Positions 62,060 to 64,000 of a stretch of 64,000 nucleotides of DNA are shown in pieces. Location: positions 31,248,001 to 31,312,000 of the forward strand of contig NC_043017.1 in the NCBI RefSeq assembly GCF_006345805.1, read 5' to 3'. Source of the stretch: Octopus sinensis. Lineage: Eukaryota. Below the pieces are notes generated by a model, which had not been told where the DNA came from, did not search any database, and saw only the letters and a list, made by a program, of their open reading frames with translations. The position numbers were made by a program, and so were the translations under genes. Numbering within the stretch: the stretch's first letter is position 1; every line of letters starts with the position of its first letter.

Positions 62060-62440
62060 GTGCGTGTGTGTGTGTGTGTGCGTGCTTATATGTGTGTGTG
62101 CTTATATATGTGTGTGTGTGCTTATATGTGTGTGTTTGCTTCTATGTGTGTGTGTGTGCTTATATGTGTGTGTGTGCTTATATGTGTGTGTTTGCTTATA
62201 TGTGTGATTGCTTATATGTGTGTGCTTATATGTGTGTGTGTGTGCTTATATGTGTGTGTGTGTGCTTATATGTGTGTGTGTGCTTATATGTCTGTGTGTG
62301 CTTATATGTGTGTGTGTCCTTATATGTGTGCTTGCTTATACCGGTGTGCTTATATGTGTGTGTGTGTGCTTATATATGTGTGTGTGTGCTTATATGTGTG
62401 TGTGAGCTTATGTGTGTGTGTGTGTGTGTGTGTGTGTTTG
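62060..62440. repeat. Compound minisatellite (TG)nCTTATA
   Basis: Many repeats of GCTTATATGTGTG. Confidence 0.9.
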
Positions 62441-62577
62441 TATGTCTGATTGTCTGAGTTCGTATATTTCTGTGATACTTTTGATGACTCCTTAGGTTCT
62501 GGTGAAATTATTTGCGAATTCTAGAGGAAGCCTCGGCCTGAACGTAAATGATTTCTTCTTGTGTGTAAGACGAATGA

Positions 62578-62960
62578 GTGGATGCGCAATGGCCCAGTGG
62601 TTAGGGCAGCGGACTCGCGGTCATAGGATCGCGGATTCGATTCGCAGACCGGGCGTTGTGAGTGTTTATTGAGCGAAAACACCTAAAAGCTCCACGAGGC
62701 TCCGGCAGGGGATGGTGGTGATCCCTGCTGTACTCTTTCACCACAACTTTCTCTCACTCTTACTTCATGTTTCTGTTGTACCTGTATTTCAAAGGGCCGG
62801 CCTTGTCACTCTCTGTGTCACGCTGAATATCCCCGAGAACTACATTAAGGGTACACGTGTCTGTGGAATGCTCAGCCACTTACACGTTAATTTCACGAGC
62901 AGGCTGTTCCGTTGATCGGATCAACCGGAACCCTCGTCGTCGTAACCGACGGAGTGCTTC
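62578..62960 (+). mobile_element. SINE-C
   Basis: Complete copy. Confidence 0.9.
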
Positions 62961-63200
62961 AAAGATGAATGTATGAATGCATGCTTCAATAATATTAGGT
63001 TTGAAACTGAAAGGGTATCTTGGGTACTGGACGTGCAAATTCCTCATCAGTGGCCTATAGATGTCATCTTTCTCTTATATTTTTCTAACCCCATTCGCAT
63101 CCAGAGGGCGACTGATTTTCATAATAGTACATCATCTTTTTTGTGATCCCACACAATGATATCTTGCCTTTTGTACTTTCACTTGATGTGTATGTATATA

Positions 63201-63425
63201 TATTTCTTTACTACCCACAAGGGGCTAAACACAGAGGAGACAAACAAGGACAGACATTAAGTCGATTACATCGACCCCAGTGCGTAACTGGTACTTTATT
63301 TATCGACCCCAAAAGGATGAAAGGCAAAGTCGACCTCGGCGGAATTTGAACTCAGAACGTAACGACAGACGAAATACCGCTTAGCATTTCACCCGGCGCG
63401 CTAACGTTTCTGCCAGCCCGCCGCC
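63201..63425 (-). mobile_element. SINE-A monomer
   Basis: Complete copy. TGTATGTATATAT is duplicated on both flanks. Confidence 0.88.
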
Positions 63426-63694
63426 TGTATGTATATATGTATGTATGTATGTATCTATGTATGCATACACACATATATTATGTGAGTATACATATATATC
63501 TGTAGGTGCATGAGTATCTATGTATCATTATCACAATATTCTTCGTCATCATCATTAAGTTTCTACGTTAGATTTTTTTAACAGTCGGGTTGGACTCGCA
63601 TTATCACTGATGTGCTTTTTGTCAAGTGCATGCTCTCCCTCTCATCAGAACCTACAAGCGCATATGTGTGCATATATTCCCTTTCCCTTTTCCA

Positions 63695-64000
63695 TTTTAC
63701 TTGTTTCAGTCACTTGACTGTGGCCATGCTGGAGCACCGCCTTTAGTCGAGCAAATCGATCCCAGGACTTATTCTTTTGTAAGCCTAGTACTTATTCTAT
63801 CGGTCTCTTTTGCCGAACTGCTACATTACGGGGACGTAAACACACTAGCATCGGTTGTCAAGCGATGTTAGGGGAGGAGCAAACACAGAAACACAAACAT
63901 ATATATATATACATATATACGACGGGCTTCTTTCAGTTTCCGTGTACCAAATCCACTCACAAGGCTTTGGTCGGCCCGGGGCTATAGTAGAAGACACTTG
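63695..64000 (-). mobile_element. SINE-B (runs off window end)
   Basis: Tail and body, reverse complement. Older relics also at ~5515-5655, 31070-31290/32060-32200, 39050-39255 and 50020-50240. Confidence 0.85.

Overview
AT-rich, repeat-dominated animal genomic DNA. The SINE families and (TA)n/(AAT)n load look like an octopus/coleoid genome, which is inferred from pattern recognition and not from a database search. I can support no cellular protein-coding exon. The only intact coding unit is a full-length, apparently young L1-clade/Tx1-like non-LTR retrotransposon (11865-17219). Its ORF1 has a CCHC knuckle, its ORF2 is APE-RT-zinc finger, and it has a perfect 16-bp TSD. First main observation: the LINE is inserted into a tRNA-type SINE (called SINE-A here) between its A-box and B-box. 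SINE-A carries the same 3' tail as the LINE, and SINE-A copies recur at this same internal GTATTTCGTCTGCCG site. This gives head+(body)n arrays and one clear young-in-old nested copy, suggesting a LINE/SINE pair whose preferred target is the SINE itself. Second main observation: there are many type I hammerhead-ribozyme motifs from several families, some with covarying stems. They lie in (TA)n-embedded fold-back elements, probably from Penelope-like elements, and a GIY-YIG relic is also present. The rest is other SINE families, non-autonomous Helitrons, RTE/Gypsy/hAT/Tc1-mariner relics and microsatellites. SINE-A/B/C are my own labels, and boundaries of degenerate copies are approximate.
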